NCBI GenBank assembly: GCA_001179505.1
Contig: CDMY01000278.1
Coordinates: 1 to 64,000, forward strand
Length of the DNA stretch: 64,000 nucleotides
Origin: Vitrella brassicaformis CCMP3155
Taxonomy: Eukaryota; Protista; Chromerida
Direction: 5' to 3'
Shown: positions 36,281 to 50,296 of the stretch, one piece after another
Numbering within the stretch: the first letter of the stretch is position 1
How the letters are laid out: every line of letters begins with the position of its first letter
Notes under the pieces: model-generated
The model's database searches: none
Seen by the model: the letters and a program-made list of their open reading frames with translations, nothing else
What the model was told of the DNA's origin: nothing
Program-made: the position numbers and the translations under genes

Positions 36281-39200
36281 ATGGATGGCGGCAGTGCAGT
36301 AAGCCCTGAGGCCATTCACGTGATGCCCACCGCCACTCACAGCAACCACCACCTGCCACCCCAGCAGTCGCAGGGCCAGTGGGCGGAGCACATCACCTCT
36401 GGCACTCACCCGCAAGGCTCCCTCTCGTCCATGTGGTGGCAGAACATCATGAAGCGCGTGCCGCTCAGGGTGGGATCCGCCCACAACAATGCGGCGCCCA
36501 CCCGGGACTTGTCCGACATTCCGTCGGGCGGGAGGGCGGGTTCTCAGCGAGCGTCCGTGGCGTCGGTGGGCATGTCGGTTGCGAGCGATCCGGCACACGA
36601 GAGGCGGCTGTCTAATTTGAGCAATGTGGGCAAGCTGTTCAGGGGGACGGAGGGTGAGGACGGGACGCGGCTGATTCGGTTCTACGCCAGCGAGGGGGCC
36701 AGGGGAGGGGGGGAGGACCTCCCTGACAACACCGTCAGGACATCAAGATACACTGTAAGAAAGCAGATGAGTGAGATGGAGGCAGAACAAGGTCAGGTCT
36801 GGTCTGCCCATCGCTGTGCTGTGGTGTGCTGTGTGTGTGTGTGCCTGTGTGTGTGTCATGCACTGCAGGTGCTGAATATGGTTCCGAAGAATCTGTTTGA
36901 GCAGTTCAAGCGGGCGGCCAACTTTTGGTTTCTGTGGATCTCCATCCTCCAGCTGCTGCCCCAGGAACTCTCACCGACAAACAAGTGCGCAGTGTGCCAA
37001 GCCAAGCTAAGCTAGCCCCTCCCTCCAATCCAATCTGGCTGTGCTGTGCTGTGCTGTGTGCGCGCTCAGGTGGGCCACAATCATGCCGCTGTCGGTCGTC
37101 ATCTTCATCACGGTCGCCTCGCCGCCGACACAGAATGAATGCAATGCGCCCAGCACATGTGTGCTGATATGATGTTGTGTCTGCTGTGCTGTTCTGTGCT
37201 GTGCTGTGCTCTGTGTTGCTCTGTGTGTAGATGTGCAAGGATGCGATCGAGGACCACCGTCGCGCCCTCAACGACCGGTCAGTCAACAACTTCCCCGTCC
37301 AGAAGATCGACCCATACCTCAAGGAATCCAAGATCGTCAAGTGGAAACACCTCAAGGTAGGTAATGGGCGGACTGGGCTGCGCCGCGCTGCGCTCGGTCA
37401 GCAATCACGGCCGCTGTCCTCTGTCCTCTGTCCTCTGTCCTCTGTCCTCTGTCTCTCTCTCTCCCTCCCTGTGTGTCAGGTGGGCGACATAGTAGTCTTG
37501 GAGAGTGAGCAGGACGTCCCGGCGGACATAGTGGTGCTCGCCACGAGTGGCGACGAGGGGGAGTGCTACGTTGAGACCGCCATGCTCGACGGAGAGACCA
37601 ACCTCAAGCTCAAGCACGCCGTCGAACTCACCAAGAGTGCGCACCGCCACCGCAAACACACACACACACACCCCAATCCGATGGACAGACAGACGAGAGT
37701 GCGGTGTGTGGTGTGTTGTGGTCGTGTGCACCGCAGACGACAACCAGATCCGTCTGATAGCGGCGCTGCGTGGGTTCATCAAGTGCGAGCTGCCCAACAA
37801 GCGGCTCGACTCCTTCAGCGGCACCATTGGCAAAGACGAGTTCCCCAGAGTCGAACCCATCGAACAAAAGAACTTCGTTCTCAAAGGTAAGCGGACGGAC
37901 GCTCCGCTGCGTGTGTGCCGTGCCTTGTGTGTGTCGATCGACATTCATTATGTATGTCTGTTTGCTGATGTGTGTGTGTGTGTGTGTGTGTGGTAGGTTC
38001 CAAGATTCGGAACACCAAGTGGCTGTACGGCGCTGTGGTGTACACCGGGTCGGACACCCGGATGATGCAGAATAGCAAGGCGGCGCCGAGCAAGCGGTCG
38101 CGCATCGAACGGCAGACCAACTACCTCCTCGCCATCATATTCTCTGTCCTCCTCACTGCATGCATCGTAAGAACCCCACACCACACACAGGGAGTGTGTC
38201 GATGTGATTGATGTGTGTGTGTGTGTATGTCTAGGTGAGTGTGATTCTTGCTCTGTCCTTCCCGTTGGGCGAGAAGGTGGAGACCTTCTTTGCCGGCCGT
38301 CAAATGGACTATGGTAGGTATCCAACGCAGCGAGAGCCCTGGCTGACTGACAGACAGACAGACAGACAGACAGGGATGTGTGTCGGTCGGTCCTCGATGC
38401 ATCATCTTGTCTGTCATGGATCAGCCGACAAGATCTGGATGATAGTGACGTTCATCATTCTCTACAACAACATGGTGCCCATCTCGCTCTACGTCACCAT
38501 CGACATCGTCAAGGGCATACAGGCCATTCTCATCGGTGAGTCGGCACGGCACTCCACCCCGCACACACACACGCACGGAGACAGCACAGCAGAGCACGGC
38601 ACGGCCTCCTCGGTGTGGTGTGTATCCGTCCGTCCCAATGATTGATTGCTTCATCAGAGCGGGATCCCAACATGTTCTACGAGAGCGAGAAGCTGGCGGC
38701 GACGGGCGCTAAGGCGCGCACCGTCAACCTCAACGACGACCTGGGACAGGCAATCACACACTCACACACACACATGGCCTGGCCACTGGCAGTCACACCG
38801 ATTGATGGATCCTTGTGGCCACCCACCTGCGTCGTGTGTTGTCTTGTCTTGTCTTGTCTTGACTCTGTCTGTGGTGCAGATTGAGTACGTCTTCTCGGAC
38901 AAGACGGGCACCATCACGCAGAACGAGATGCAATTCGTGCTGTGCTCCATCAACGGCACCACCTACGGCGACGAAGTCAGTCAACACAACACAGCACACA
39001 CTGGTTCGCACACCGACTCTCTCTCTCTCTCTCCCTCCCTCTGTGTGTGTGTGTGTGTGTGTACCAGAGTCTGATGCAGGACACCTCCTTGCCGACGATC
39101 GAGGCCCTGTCTGACGAGTACCAGGCCGAGGAGACCGCCGGCGACGACCCCCCCGACGCACCCATGGCCATGCCCAACCCCGACAAACACGTGCACACCA

Positions 39201-42200
39201 CCCCATCCGCTCACACCGACCACCAGCACCAGTACCAGCGCAAGACGCCATCGCCGCCGTCAGTGGGCACACGAGGGAGCATCATCAGGACCATCAGGAC
39301 CAGCACTGGACAGGCCGTCACGTGAGCCGAGCCGCCAACCACCAGCGCCCCCACACAGATGTGTGTGTGTGTGTGTGTGTCCGTGTGTGCAGTCGTGACA
39401 TCGTGGCGCCGTCCCCCTCGCCGCAGACACATGCTGGTCGCAGGATTCAGCGGCGGATGTCCACCAAGTCGGACAAGACCGTCATGGACTCGAGCAGCCA
39501 GAAGACATTCGCCGTGGACCCTGCTCTAGGCGGCGCAGCAGGAGGCTGTCCCGGCAGCAGCCAGAAGTCCATCCAGCGGTCGCCCTCCTCCCCCCCTCCG
39601 TCGGCCAGCAAGTCGGCTCCCGAGTATGCCGTTGTGCGGGCGTGTTTCACCGAGCAGCACACCCGCAGCAACTGGGCGTCGTACAAGACGGATGGCACAC
39701 ACACGTCCAACCGGGAGAGCGATCTGGGCGGCACCACGGTGACGGTCAACATGTACCCGAGGAAACAGAGCGTCTTCGCCGACGCATTCCTCAAACAGTA
39801 AGACAGCTGAAGCGAAGCACAAGCTGGGACGGACGAAGGATAGGATGCTGGGACCCTCCCCACCCCTCTCTCTCTGTGTGTCTTTGTTTGTGCGTTGTTC
39901 AGGGACTTGGCTGCCGGTGGCAACCAGGCGCACTATATTGACGAGTTCTTGCGGTGCATGGCTCTCTGCCACACAGTCGTCCCCGAGAAGAACGAGTCCG
40001 GCACGGTTAGTCAGTCAGCACACATCACAAGCCCCCCTCCCCCTCCCGCCACACACACGCACCGACCCAAAGACCAGCCGACCGTCTCGCCCTCTGTGTG
40101 TTTTGTTTGTAAGATGAAGTACCAATCAGCGTCGCCAGACGAGGAGGCCCTGGTGCTGTCGGCCAAGGACATCGGCTATGAGCTCGTGGCGCGCACGTCG
40201 ACGGGCATGGTGCTCACGGTCAGTGGGAGAGTGACGCAGGACTGACTGACACAGGCGCAGAGACAGACAGACAGACAGACGCCCTTACATGGCCACGTGT
40301 GTCTGTGTGTGTGTGTGATGTGTCTCTGTCTGTGGTCAGATAATGGGACGGACGGTGTCGTTTGAGCAGGTGGGTGTCAACGAGTTCAGCAGCACCAGGA
40401 GGAGGATGTCCGTCATCGTGCGTGAGGTAGGTCCGCACACACACACACACACACACACACATTGGCTTGGTCTCCCCGTCTCTCTCTCTGTCTCTCTCTA
40501 TGTCTCCCAGCTGCGCGAAGACGGCAGCGACACTGATGAGGGCGCCACTCTCTACTGCAAGGGTGCAGACAGCGTCATGCTGTCGCGCCTGGCGCCCGGC
40601 CAGGACACATCCACCGTCGCCAAGCACCTGCAGCGCTTCTCCATCAACGGACTCAGGACACTCGGTGAGTCACCGATTGGATGGATGGATGGGTGGGTGG
40701 ATGGATGGCCCAGAAAGGCCGACGTCTCGCCGTCTGTGTGTACCTGTGTGTGTGTGTGAGTCAGTGCTGGCCCGGCGCGTGTTGACGCAGCAGGAGTATG
40801 TGATGTTCCGCCGTCAGTATCTCGAGGCCAAGACGACCCTCATCGACCGCAACGTCCGGCTGGAACAGGTGGCCGAGCGGTGGGAGAGCCGGCTGGAGCT
40901 GCTGGGTGCGACGGCTATAGAGGACCGCATCCAGGAGGGGGTCGTTGAGACGATCCGTGCGCTGTTGTACGGCGGGGTGAAGGTGTGGATGCTCACGGGC
41001 GACAAGCAGGAGACGGCTATCAACATCGGCCACTCGTGCGGCCTCCTTGAGACCGACACCACTATCATCTATATCACCATACCAAAACCTGAAGACAAGA
41101 ACAAGAACAAGAACAAAGAAACCACGGTGAGTGACACGCAGACACACAGACACACAGACAGAATGAATGGCATCCATCCATCCATCCATGTGTTGGGAGT
41201 GTCCTGTCCGTGTGCGCGTGTGGGCGTATGTGTGTGGGTGTCTGTGTCTGGGTGAAGGAGGAGGAGACGCCGCCGAAGCCCGAGAAATCCAAGGAGAAGT
41301 CCGAAAAGGACAAGGCCAAGGCAAGCAGAGCGCCGTGACACACATCACATACAGAACAGAATGAATGGCATCCTCCATGTTGTGTGTGTGTGTGTGTGTG
41401 CAGGAGGCGATGATGGGCTACTATGAAGACTGCATAGAGACGCTGAAGAACCCCCAGCTGTCGCGACACCTGGCCGTGGTGGTCGACGGGGAGACACTCT
41501 ACAAGATTTTCGACGACTCCGAAATCAAGGCAAGTCCTATCTCCCCAATCAAGCACGCACACGCACACACACACACACACACATGCATCCCCTCTCTCTC
41601 TCTGTCTGTGTGCCATGGCCGTCCAGGGTATGTTCCTCGGCGTGACGCTGCGAGCCCACACCGTCATTGCCTGTCGTGTAGCGCCGGCGCAGAAGGCGGG
41701 GCTGGTGCACCTGGTCAAGTCGTGTGTTCGTCGGCAGCCGATGATTCTGGCCATCGGTGACGGGGCCAATGACGTGTCGATGATCCAGGAGGCCGACGTG
41801 GGTGTGGGCATCATCGGCAACGAGGGCATGCAGGCCGTCAGGGCATCGGACTATGCCATCGCTCAGTTCAGGTGTGTGAGGCAGGGAGGGATGGATGGCG
41901 GGATGGGTGCGTGTGGAGTGGACACACACGTGTGTGCGTGTGTTGTGTGTCTGCCTGCAGGTTCCTGCAGCATCTGCTCTTCCTCCACGGCCGCAGAAAC
42001 TACAACCGCATCTCGGCCGTGAGTAAAGTGGGACGGGGCGGGCACACCACATACTCACCCACACCATGTCATGTGGCCATCCATCCATGTCATGTGTGCG
42101 TGTGTGTCGGTGTGTCGGTGTGTCGACAGATCATTTTGTACTCCTTCTTCAAGAACATCTGTCTGGTCATCCAGAACTTCTTCTTCTTCTTCAACAACGG

Positions 42201-45200
42201 CCACAGCGGCACCACGCTGTTCGAGTCATGGCTGCTCCTCTCCTACAACCTCATTTGGACCTCCCTGCCCATCTTTGTTCACGGCTTCATCGAGCGAGAC
42301 CTCCCGCAGGACGTCTGCATGAGATTCCCAATCCTATACGTCCAGGTGGGTGGGTGTGTGGCGGGAGGGCGGGAAAAAAGCTTGACCGCATTCAGCTTCG
42401 TCGCTGACTGACAAAGACAACACACACCAACCCACCACACACAAATGGAGTGGACACCTTCGTCCCTGCCCCTCTCTCTCTCCTTGTGTGTGCTGATGTT
42501 GATGTGGTGTGTCAGGGTCAGCATCGTTTGTCGTTCAATGCGCGCATCTTCACTGAGTGGGCGTTGCGCGGTGTGCTGTACGGCTTCATCAACTCGGTGG
42601 TCATGTGGATGGCATTCCGCCGGGATGCCTACGCAATCGACGCCAGCGGACAACCAGCTGACTACTACGCTATGGGTGTGGTGGTTGCGCTGGAATGGGA
42701 CAGCCCGCCCTCACCGTGACACGCTCATGAGTCTGATCTGATCTGTTGTGTGCAGGTACGATCTCGTTCTTCACGACGATCGTCATAGTGACGGTGAAGC
42801 TGGCCTTCGAAACACGGCACTGGACGTGGCTCTTCACGGTCGTGACGGTCATATCGGTGGTGTTCTTCTTCCCATTCCTCGCCGTCTACGCCGCCATCGG
42901 CTGGCCCGAGCCGCAGATGGGCGGCATGGCCGAGGCGGTCTTCGGCTCGAGCACCTTCTGGTTCGCCGCCATCCTCTCGTGTGGCACCTGCTTCCTCATC
43001 GACTTCGCCACCTACTACGTGCGGCGATATCTCTTCCCGTGAGTGCAGTGGAGTGGAGTGGAGTGGAGGCATGCAGAGCAGTGGATGGCTTCGTGTGTGT
43101 GTGTCTGTGTAGGAGCCCGGTGGATCTGCTTGACACATGGCTGTTCCGGAGTCGGGGCCACTACGTCGACGACGAGGCCACGCTGGAGGAAGTGTGCTAT
43201 CGGGCCGAGGTGGACGCCAATCCGCACCGCAACATATACCGGCGGATCGTCATGAAGGACCACCACAAGCGGCCCGACCGCCCGTCGCTCGACAGCGAGG
43301 ACCCCAAGAACCCCGCCTCCTACGTCGACAGCAAGCTGTCCATCTTCTGGCTGACCTTCCACGACCAGCACACCGAGCGCAGGTTCCAGTACCAAAACAC
43401 GCTCTCCTGTCTGCGGGCCCTGCGGCTGTCGGTGCTCATCATCTCCGCCGTCATTCTCATCTACGCGCTGCTGCACTTCATCTACTTCTACGAGGAGGGC
43501 GAGCAGGACTTCGACGACTGCCACTCGGACGACCGGAGGCTGCTGACAGCAAACGGCACGCTACAAGCAGGGAATCAGGGAAAAACGAGAGTGCGGCTTG
43601 GGGAGGACTACGACGAGTCGCACGGCGACGATTCGCAGGACGTCCTGTCGCTGGGGCGTGTGTGGCTGCTGTTCGTGCCGCTGCTGGGGCCGGCCGCCTA
43701 CTCCCTGACCTTCAGCAGATTCATGCAGGTCAGGTGGGGGCACACACAGCGACTGACTGGGGGGCACACACACACACACACATACACACACACACACAGG
43801 GGGGGGCGTCAACTTTGTGGATTGTTGTGTATGTGTGTGTGTGTTTGTGTGTGTGTGGTGCAGCGTTATTGTGCTCACGTGATGGTTGCCGTGGTCGTCG
43901 TGGCGGACTTCGTCAAGGTAACCGACAGTCCACGCACAAGGAGCAGCCGCACAGGCCAGGCAGCCCTCCCTCCCTTATCCATCCCTATCTCCCTCCCTCC
44001 CTCCCTCTCCTCTGTGTGTTGTGTGTTGGTTGGCCCCACCCCAATCCAATCCAATCCAATCGACGAGCAGATGTTTATGGATGCGGTGCAGCGCACGGAC
44101 GGCGTGCAGTTTGCGGCCATGTACCCTATCGGCACATTCGTCGTGTTCCGCATCCCATTCAAACACGCCGTCTGGATCAACGCGCTGCACCTCTTTCTCT
44201 TCTCCGTCAGGTGCAATGCGCTCACCTCACCCCACTCCCCCACATCTGCACCACACACACTCCCACACACTCCCTCCCACGCAGAGAGAGGGACACTGTG
44301 TCTGTCTGTCTGTCTGGTGTGTGTCAGGTACACGGCGGGTGCGTGGATCTTCGATGTGGAGGTGCCGACCCACAGCCAGGACCTGCCCAAGATGGTCATG
44401 TTCCGGCGGAACCTCTACACCATGTGCGACTACTGGCCGGTGCTCTTCGGCATCACCTTCTTCACCGCATTCGTCGGCTACCGACTCGAGTACTACCAGC
44501 GGTCAGAGTTCCTCCTTGACCAGCAATTCGCGAGGGAGAGGAGGCGGCAGAAGGACATCCTCAACAACATGTTGCCATCTTTCGTTGTGGACAAGGTGAG
44601 GTGCTGTGGTCGGGGTGTGTGTGTGTGAGGAGGGGGGCTGTGTGTATGGCTGTGGTTGTCTGTCTGGTGGTCTGCTGCTGCAGATAGTGCACACCAAGGG
44701 CGACTGGAAGAATGAACGCAAGAATGTCGCGCAGGAGTGGCAGGCCGTCAGTGTGGTCTTCTGCGACATCTACGACTTCATCAGCATCGTGGCCGCCGTC
44801 GAGCCCATCACACTCGTCACCATCCTCGACCGCCTCTTCACCCACTTCGACCGACTCAGCGACCGGTTCCGCGTCGCCAAGATCGAGACGGTCAGCGAGA
44901 CCTACCTCGCCGCAGCGGGGCTCAACACAGAGGAGGGGGGCGAGAGCGTGACCAGCGAGGAGGCGGCACGGGACGCGGTGTCTGCACTGAAGCTGGCCAT
45001 TGCGATGCTTGACTCGACCAGCAAGATGCTCGTGGACCTCAAGAAGCAGACACAGGGGGGGGACGGGGCCACCACCGAGCGAAGGCCGCTGCAGGTCGGT
45101 CTGCGAACCTTACGGATGTGTGTGTGTATGTATGTTGCCTCTGTCTTTCTTTTGTATGCAGGTCAAGATCGGCATCCACACTGGGAGGGTCATATCGGGT

Positions 45201-48200
45201 GTGGTCGGGTCGAGGAAACCGCAATACGCCCTCTTCGGCGACACGGTAGACACACACACAAACAAGGGCGAGATAGAGAGAGAGAGAGAACCTGCTGACT
45301 GTTGATGTGTTGATGTGTGTGTGTGTGTGTGTGGCGCAGGTCAACACAGCCTCCCGGATGAAGTCCACCGGGGAGCCGCAGCACGTCCACATATCGGACG
45401 CCACTTACGCGCTGGTCCAGGTCACCAGACACAACACCCCACCCCACACACACTGGCTGGCTGTCTTGCTGGCTGCCTCACGCTGTGCTGTGTTGTGCAT
45501 TGTGTTGTGTGTGTCCTGCCTGACAGGACAACAGCCACTTTGTGTGGGAGCCACGCAAGACGCAGGTCAAGGGCAAGGGCATCATGGACACATACCTGCT
45601 CGTCGACTACGACCAAGAACATCTGTAAGTGAATTGCCCGACCGAAGCCACCCACCCAGAATACTCACACAGCACAGCCATGCAGTGCAGTGCAGTCACC
45701 CCACTCTCTCCCGTCTCTGTGTGTGTGGATGCCCTTGATGCCAGTCTTGGTGCGGTGATGCGGGGCCTGCCTGGCCAGACGCGGATGGCAAAGGGGTCAC
45801 TCAGCCAAGCGCAACAGGTAGGTACCTACACGCCTGCCTCATGCACCCACACATCCCATTCCTCCCCACGTGTGTGTGTGTGTCGGATCTGTGTGTGTCT
45901 CTTCTGGTCTGATAGGGCGGCGTGGCGCTCGACAGTGCCATCCCCGAGAAGGCCAACGCCCTGCAGAAAAATCTCCTCAAAATGATGAAGTCAGCCGACA
46001 ACGTCGAGGAAACACGCGACACGTCAATGACCCCCAACACCAGCACCGCCCCCGCACCACCAGCCATCACCTACACTAATCCGCCAGGGGGGCAGCAGCC
46101 GGGGGCCAGTGGTGGTGGCGGTGAGGATCGGCGGCGGCGGAGCAGCAAGACGGTCAAGGGGCTGCCGGCCGACACGAGCGGTGCGCTCGACGCGGGCGAG
46201 GAGGGCAGGTTCATGCTGGACAGGAAGGAGCTCAGCTGGTTCCTCGTCTTCCACCAGAAGGACAGAGAAATGAGATACCTCGACTCGGTATGTCTGTGAG
46301 GGAGGGAGGGAGGGAGGGAGACAGACAGACAGACAGACGGAGGGGCAGACAGAGGGGCAGTGTGTGTGTGTGTGTGTGGTGCAGATCTTGTTCAACAAGT
46401 ACGTCTTCATCAACATGGAGCGGGCCCTGCGCATCTGGATCGTGGCCTACCTGCTGCAAACCCTCGAGCTGCGGTTCATCCCCCAGCCACACATGGCCCT
46501 CGCGGACACGGACAAACAAGAGTGCGAACCCACATACGACAGACAGGTGAGTGACGTGTGGACCACACCACACCACACACGTGCAGACCTCACTCAGCCT
46601 CACCCAGCTTCTCTTTTCGTCAGATTGACTACTCGATGCTCTTGCTGGGCCGCTCGACCCTCATCGTGATCTTCCTGAGCCTGTGGCTGACGCTGCGCAA
46701 CCGGGAGAGCCCCATTTGGCAGGGGGCGCTGACGGGCCGCAACTCCGTCAGGCTCATCTACGCCGCCACGTTTGGGTACTTCACGGGCGCCCTCATCTCC
46801 ACCTTTCAACCAGGTCAGCCAGCCAATTTACTGCACAGCGCAACCACAAGCCAGCCAAGTGTGTGCTGTGCGCGTGTAGGGTGGATTTATGCGGGCCCGA
46901 TTCCGCCGAGTTTGTGTCACAAGAGCGGTTTGTTCGTCAACACCATCGACCTCTTCTTCTGGCAGGCCATCCTCAACTTCAACAGCCAGATGCTCTTCCA
47001 CCGTCTCATACCCTTCAACTTGGCCATCGTCGTCGTCTACAGCGCATACGCACTCCACATCAAGTCTGCGACGCCCCGCAGCACACTCAGAAAGACAGAC
47101 AGACACACACCCATCCATCCATTCATGTGTGTGTGTGTGTGTGTGTGTGTGTTGGCGGCCAGTTTGCGCAATCTGATGCCGCTGGTGTCGGAGGACGCAC
47201 CGCAGTGTGCGTGCGATTTGGGCAAGGAGGTGGCGTGTCAGTGTATCCTCAGCAAGGCAATAGCGTGCGAGGCCGTCAAGGCCATCGAGCCCATCCTCAT
47301 GGTCGTCGCCTTCATGTTTCTCATCGGCGCCTCCGTCTACTTCAAAGTGACCACAGAGAGACGCACAGAGACAGAGAGAGAGAGAGAGAGGGGGATCCCG
47401 CAATCATGTGAGTGTCTGCTCTGCGTGGTGTGTGGATGGAGTAGGAGTATTTCCAGCGTGTGACTTTTGTGTTGAACGAGGAGGCCAATGAGGTGGAGCA
47501 GCGGGCCAACCTCCTGCTGCAGGACATGCTGCCCCCACAAGTCAGTGAAGTGCCTACCCCCACCACACACACCACACCACAGCCATAGGGCCACGTCATG
47601 TGTGCTCCCTCTCTGTGGCTTTGTGTGTGTTTGTGTGTGGGTATATGTGGGTAGGTGTTGGCAGAGATGAAGGTCGACAGCCTGCAGCTGGCCCATGGCT
47701 ACGACCAGATGACCTTCCTGTTCGCCGACATATGCGGCTTCACCTCTTACGCAAAGACAGTGCCGCCAGAACGGGTAAGTGCGGTACGGTGGGCGGCCGG
47801 CCGGCCGATATATGGACTGACTGGACATCCCTCTCTTTCTCTCTCTCTGCGTGTGTGTGTGTGTGTCGGCCGACAGGTGGTGGAGCTGCTGCTGCAGCTG
47901 TTTGACCGCTTTGACGACATCACACGAGAGACCAAGCTCTACAAGGTGGGCCGCCGCCAAGCAACACACACCACCCAAGGCACCAGCCACGAATGCCCAT
48001 CCTTCTCAGGTGTGCACCATCGGCGATGCCTATGTGGCGGTGTCCGAGCCCGTCAAGGCCCAGGACCACGACGTCCTCGGCGGTGAGTTTTGTACTGAAG
48101 AACCGTCAGACGTCACACACACACGGGGCGGGGCGGGTCGTGTGTCGGTCGATTGATGTGTTTGTTTGTGTATCAGGTGCGTTGAAGGTGCTGAGGATGG

Positions 48201-49708
48201 CCCACAAGATGATCCGACACATACAGGACGTCCGCGAAAAGCTCAAGGTAGGTGGGTAGGTATCCACCCCAACCGCCACACGACCTTCAGCGGGCTCCCC
48301 ATGCGTGTGTGTGTGGGCGTGAATGGAATGTGGCCGTTTGTTCGTTGCTGATCGATCTCTTTGTCAGATTCCCGATCTCAACATGCGCATTGGGTCGCAC
48401 CTGGGGTACTTCGTGGGCGGCATCATCGGCACCAAGAAGGTGAGGTGGGCAGCCGTGGCCAGCTGGCACAGCACAGCAGCCTGCCCCATGCATGTTGTGT
48501 GGTGGCAACTGTGTTCGTGTCTGTCAATCCATTCATCCACCCATCCATCAGTTGCGGTATGACATATGGGGTTTGGACGTGTTGACGGGCAACATGATGG
48601 AGAGCAACGGCGAGCCCGGCAAGATCTGCGTGTCTCACACTCTCAAGGCCTACCTCTCCGAACACTGCAAAGACAGATTCACCTTCAAGCAACACAAGCT
48701 CGTCACGGTAAGCCAAGCCCCCAACCGATCGCTCTCCCACACCACATGCCCGCTGACATGCCATGCGTGTGTGTGGTGTCCGACTGACTCACCAGGTGGT
48801 GGAGAAGGTGCAGGTGCAGTCGTATCTGCTGACGGATTCTGAGGACACGACGACCCACTTCGCGCCGAGCAGCGACAGCAAGACGCACACCAAGCTCATG
48901 TCGGCCATCGACAAGGTGCGGAGCCAACACAGACGGGAGGCCAGGGAGAAAGCCGCCAGAAGGAGAGGCAGCCAAGTGTCCACCTGGCCCAGAAGGAGAG
49001 GCAGCCAAGCGTCCACCTCGGTCGGTAACACACCTCCCGCCCTGCAACGACCACACGCGTCCCTGCGTGTGTGTCCTTGTCCTGTCCATCTCTATCTGCC
49101 TGTGTGCTGTGGTGTAGATGAGTCACCTGACGGGCATTCCGGCGACCCGGCAAGGCAGTGGCGGCGACGTCATGAGCGACGTCTTGCCCGCCATCTCGTC
49201 CGCCATCTTCACCTCCATGCCCCATGTCGACCGACGGCCATCTATGCCGCCCATCAATGACGGCACACACAAGCCCCAGTACCAGCAACACCTCTCGCCA
49301 GCCGAGGCGCCACCGACCAGGCTCACACACGGTCCGCCATTCCCAAGCGACGAGGGGCCCCCCATCAACAGACCGAGACGGTCCAGCAGAGAGCACAGAC
49401 GAGAGCAGAACGGCTTTCCCCCACCCCATCCCCAACCCCACACCCACACCCACGCAGAGGACATACCCACCGTCAACAGGGCCAGGATGCGGCACTCCGT
49501 CGATGCGGTCCCACCAGTGTCAGCCGTCCGGCCGCCCCCTCCCCCGCGCCGTTCATCGGCGCCCTCCCCGGCCCCCCACTCCCCAATGAGTGCCCACCGA
49601 AGCATGGCCGTGCGCGTGGCGGCCGTGGCGGGCGACTCGGTTCAGCATGACGTTGTGCCTGCTGACGAAGCAGATGAAGACAATGACGATGAGAACTTCA
49701 CGAGCTAG
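36281..49708 (+). CDS. GC: Alveolate P4-ATPase (phospholipid flippase)-guanylate cyclase fusion, GCalpha/TgGC-like, many exons
   Basis: P4-ATPase: [26 protein letters not shown]|[57 protein letters not shown]. Two further TM clusters. Cyclase 1: [33 protein letters not shown]. Cyclase 2: [34 protein letters not shown]. Confidence 0.97.
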
Positions 49709-50296
49709 GTTGCCGTGTGTGCCTCAAAGCAGTAGAGGAGAGAGACAGAGAGAGCACGCAGCTTAAGCTATGTAGTTGGTGGGCGCGGATACGTACCGAT
49801 CAGACTGTCGGCGCATTTCGTAGGGGGCCGGGTGGCGGGGTGGGGTGGGGTGATTGCTCGCCGGCTAATCTACCTCTGGGCTGCGTGTGGGTGGGTGTTT
49901 GTCTGTCTGTCTGTCTGTGTCTGCTCTCTCTCGTCGCGCCCACCGATCCATTCGTTCGTTCACGCGTGAGTGTGTGTGTGGGTGCACATGTGTGTGTGTG
50001 GACAGACAGTCGTATTTGTTGGCCCCCAGCTGTCTGTCTGTCTGTCTGTCTGAAAATGAAGAGAACGCGAAGAAGCGAAAGCAGAAGTTTGTCGGGTTCA
50101 TGTGCCATCCTTTTTTTCTCATTCCCTTGCCGGCCCGTGTGGTCCATCCCAGGTCTGTGTGTATGTAGTTCTAGGAGACTGGCTCGTTTCGTGGACTCTC
50201 CCGTCTTCAATGCATCCGTCAGTCAGTCCATTGTCAACGCAGAACAAACAACTCGCCGGGAGGACAGACAAGGAGGACAGGAGAGGAACAGCTAGC

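Noticed and set aside
42748-44628. 626-aa ORF as a separate gene or a retained-intron isoform
   Set aside because: It is a run of GC exons whose introns happen to lack stops; the intronic parts translate as HT/CV microsatellite peptides.
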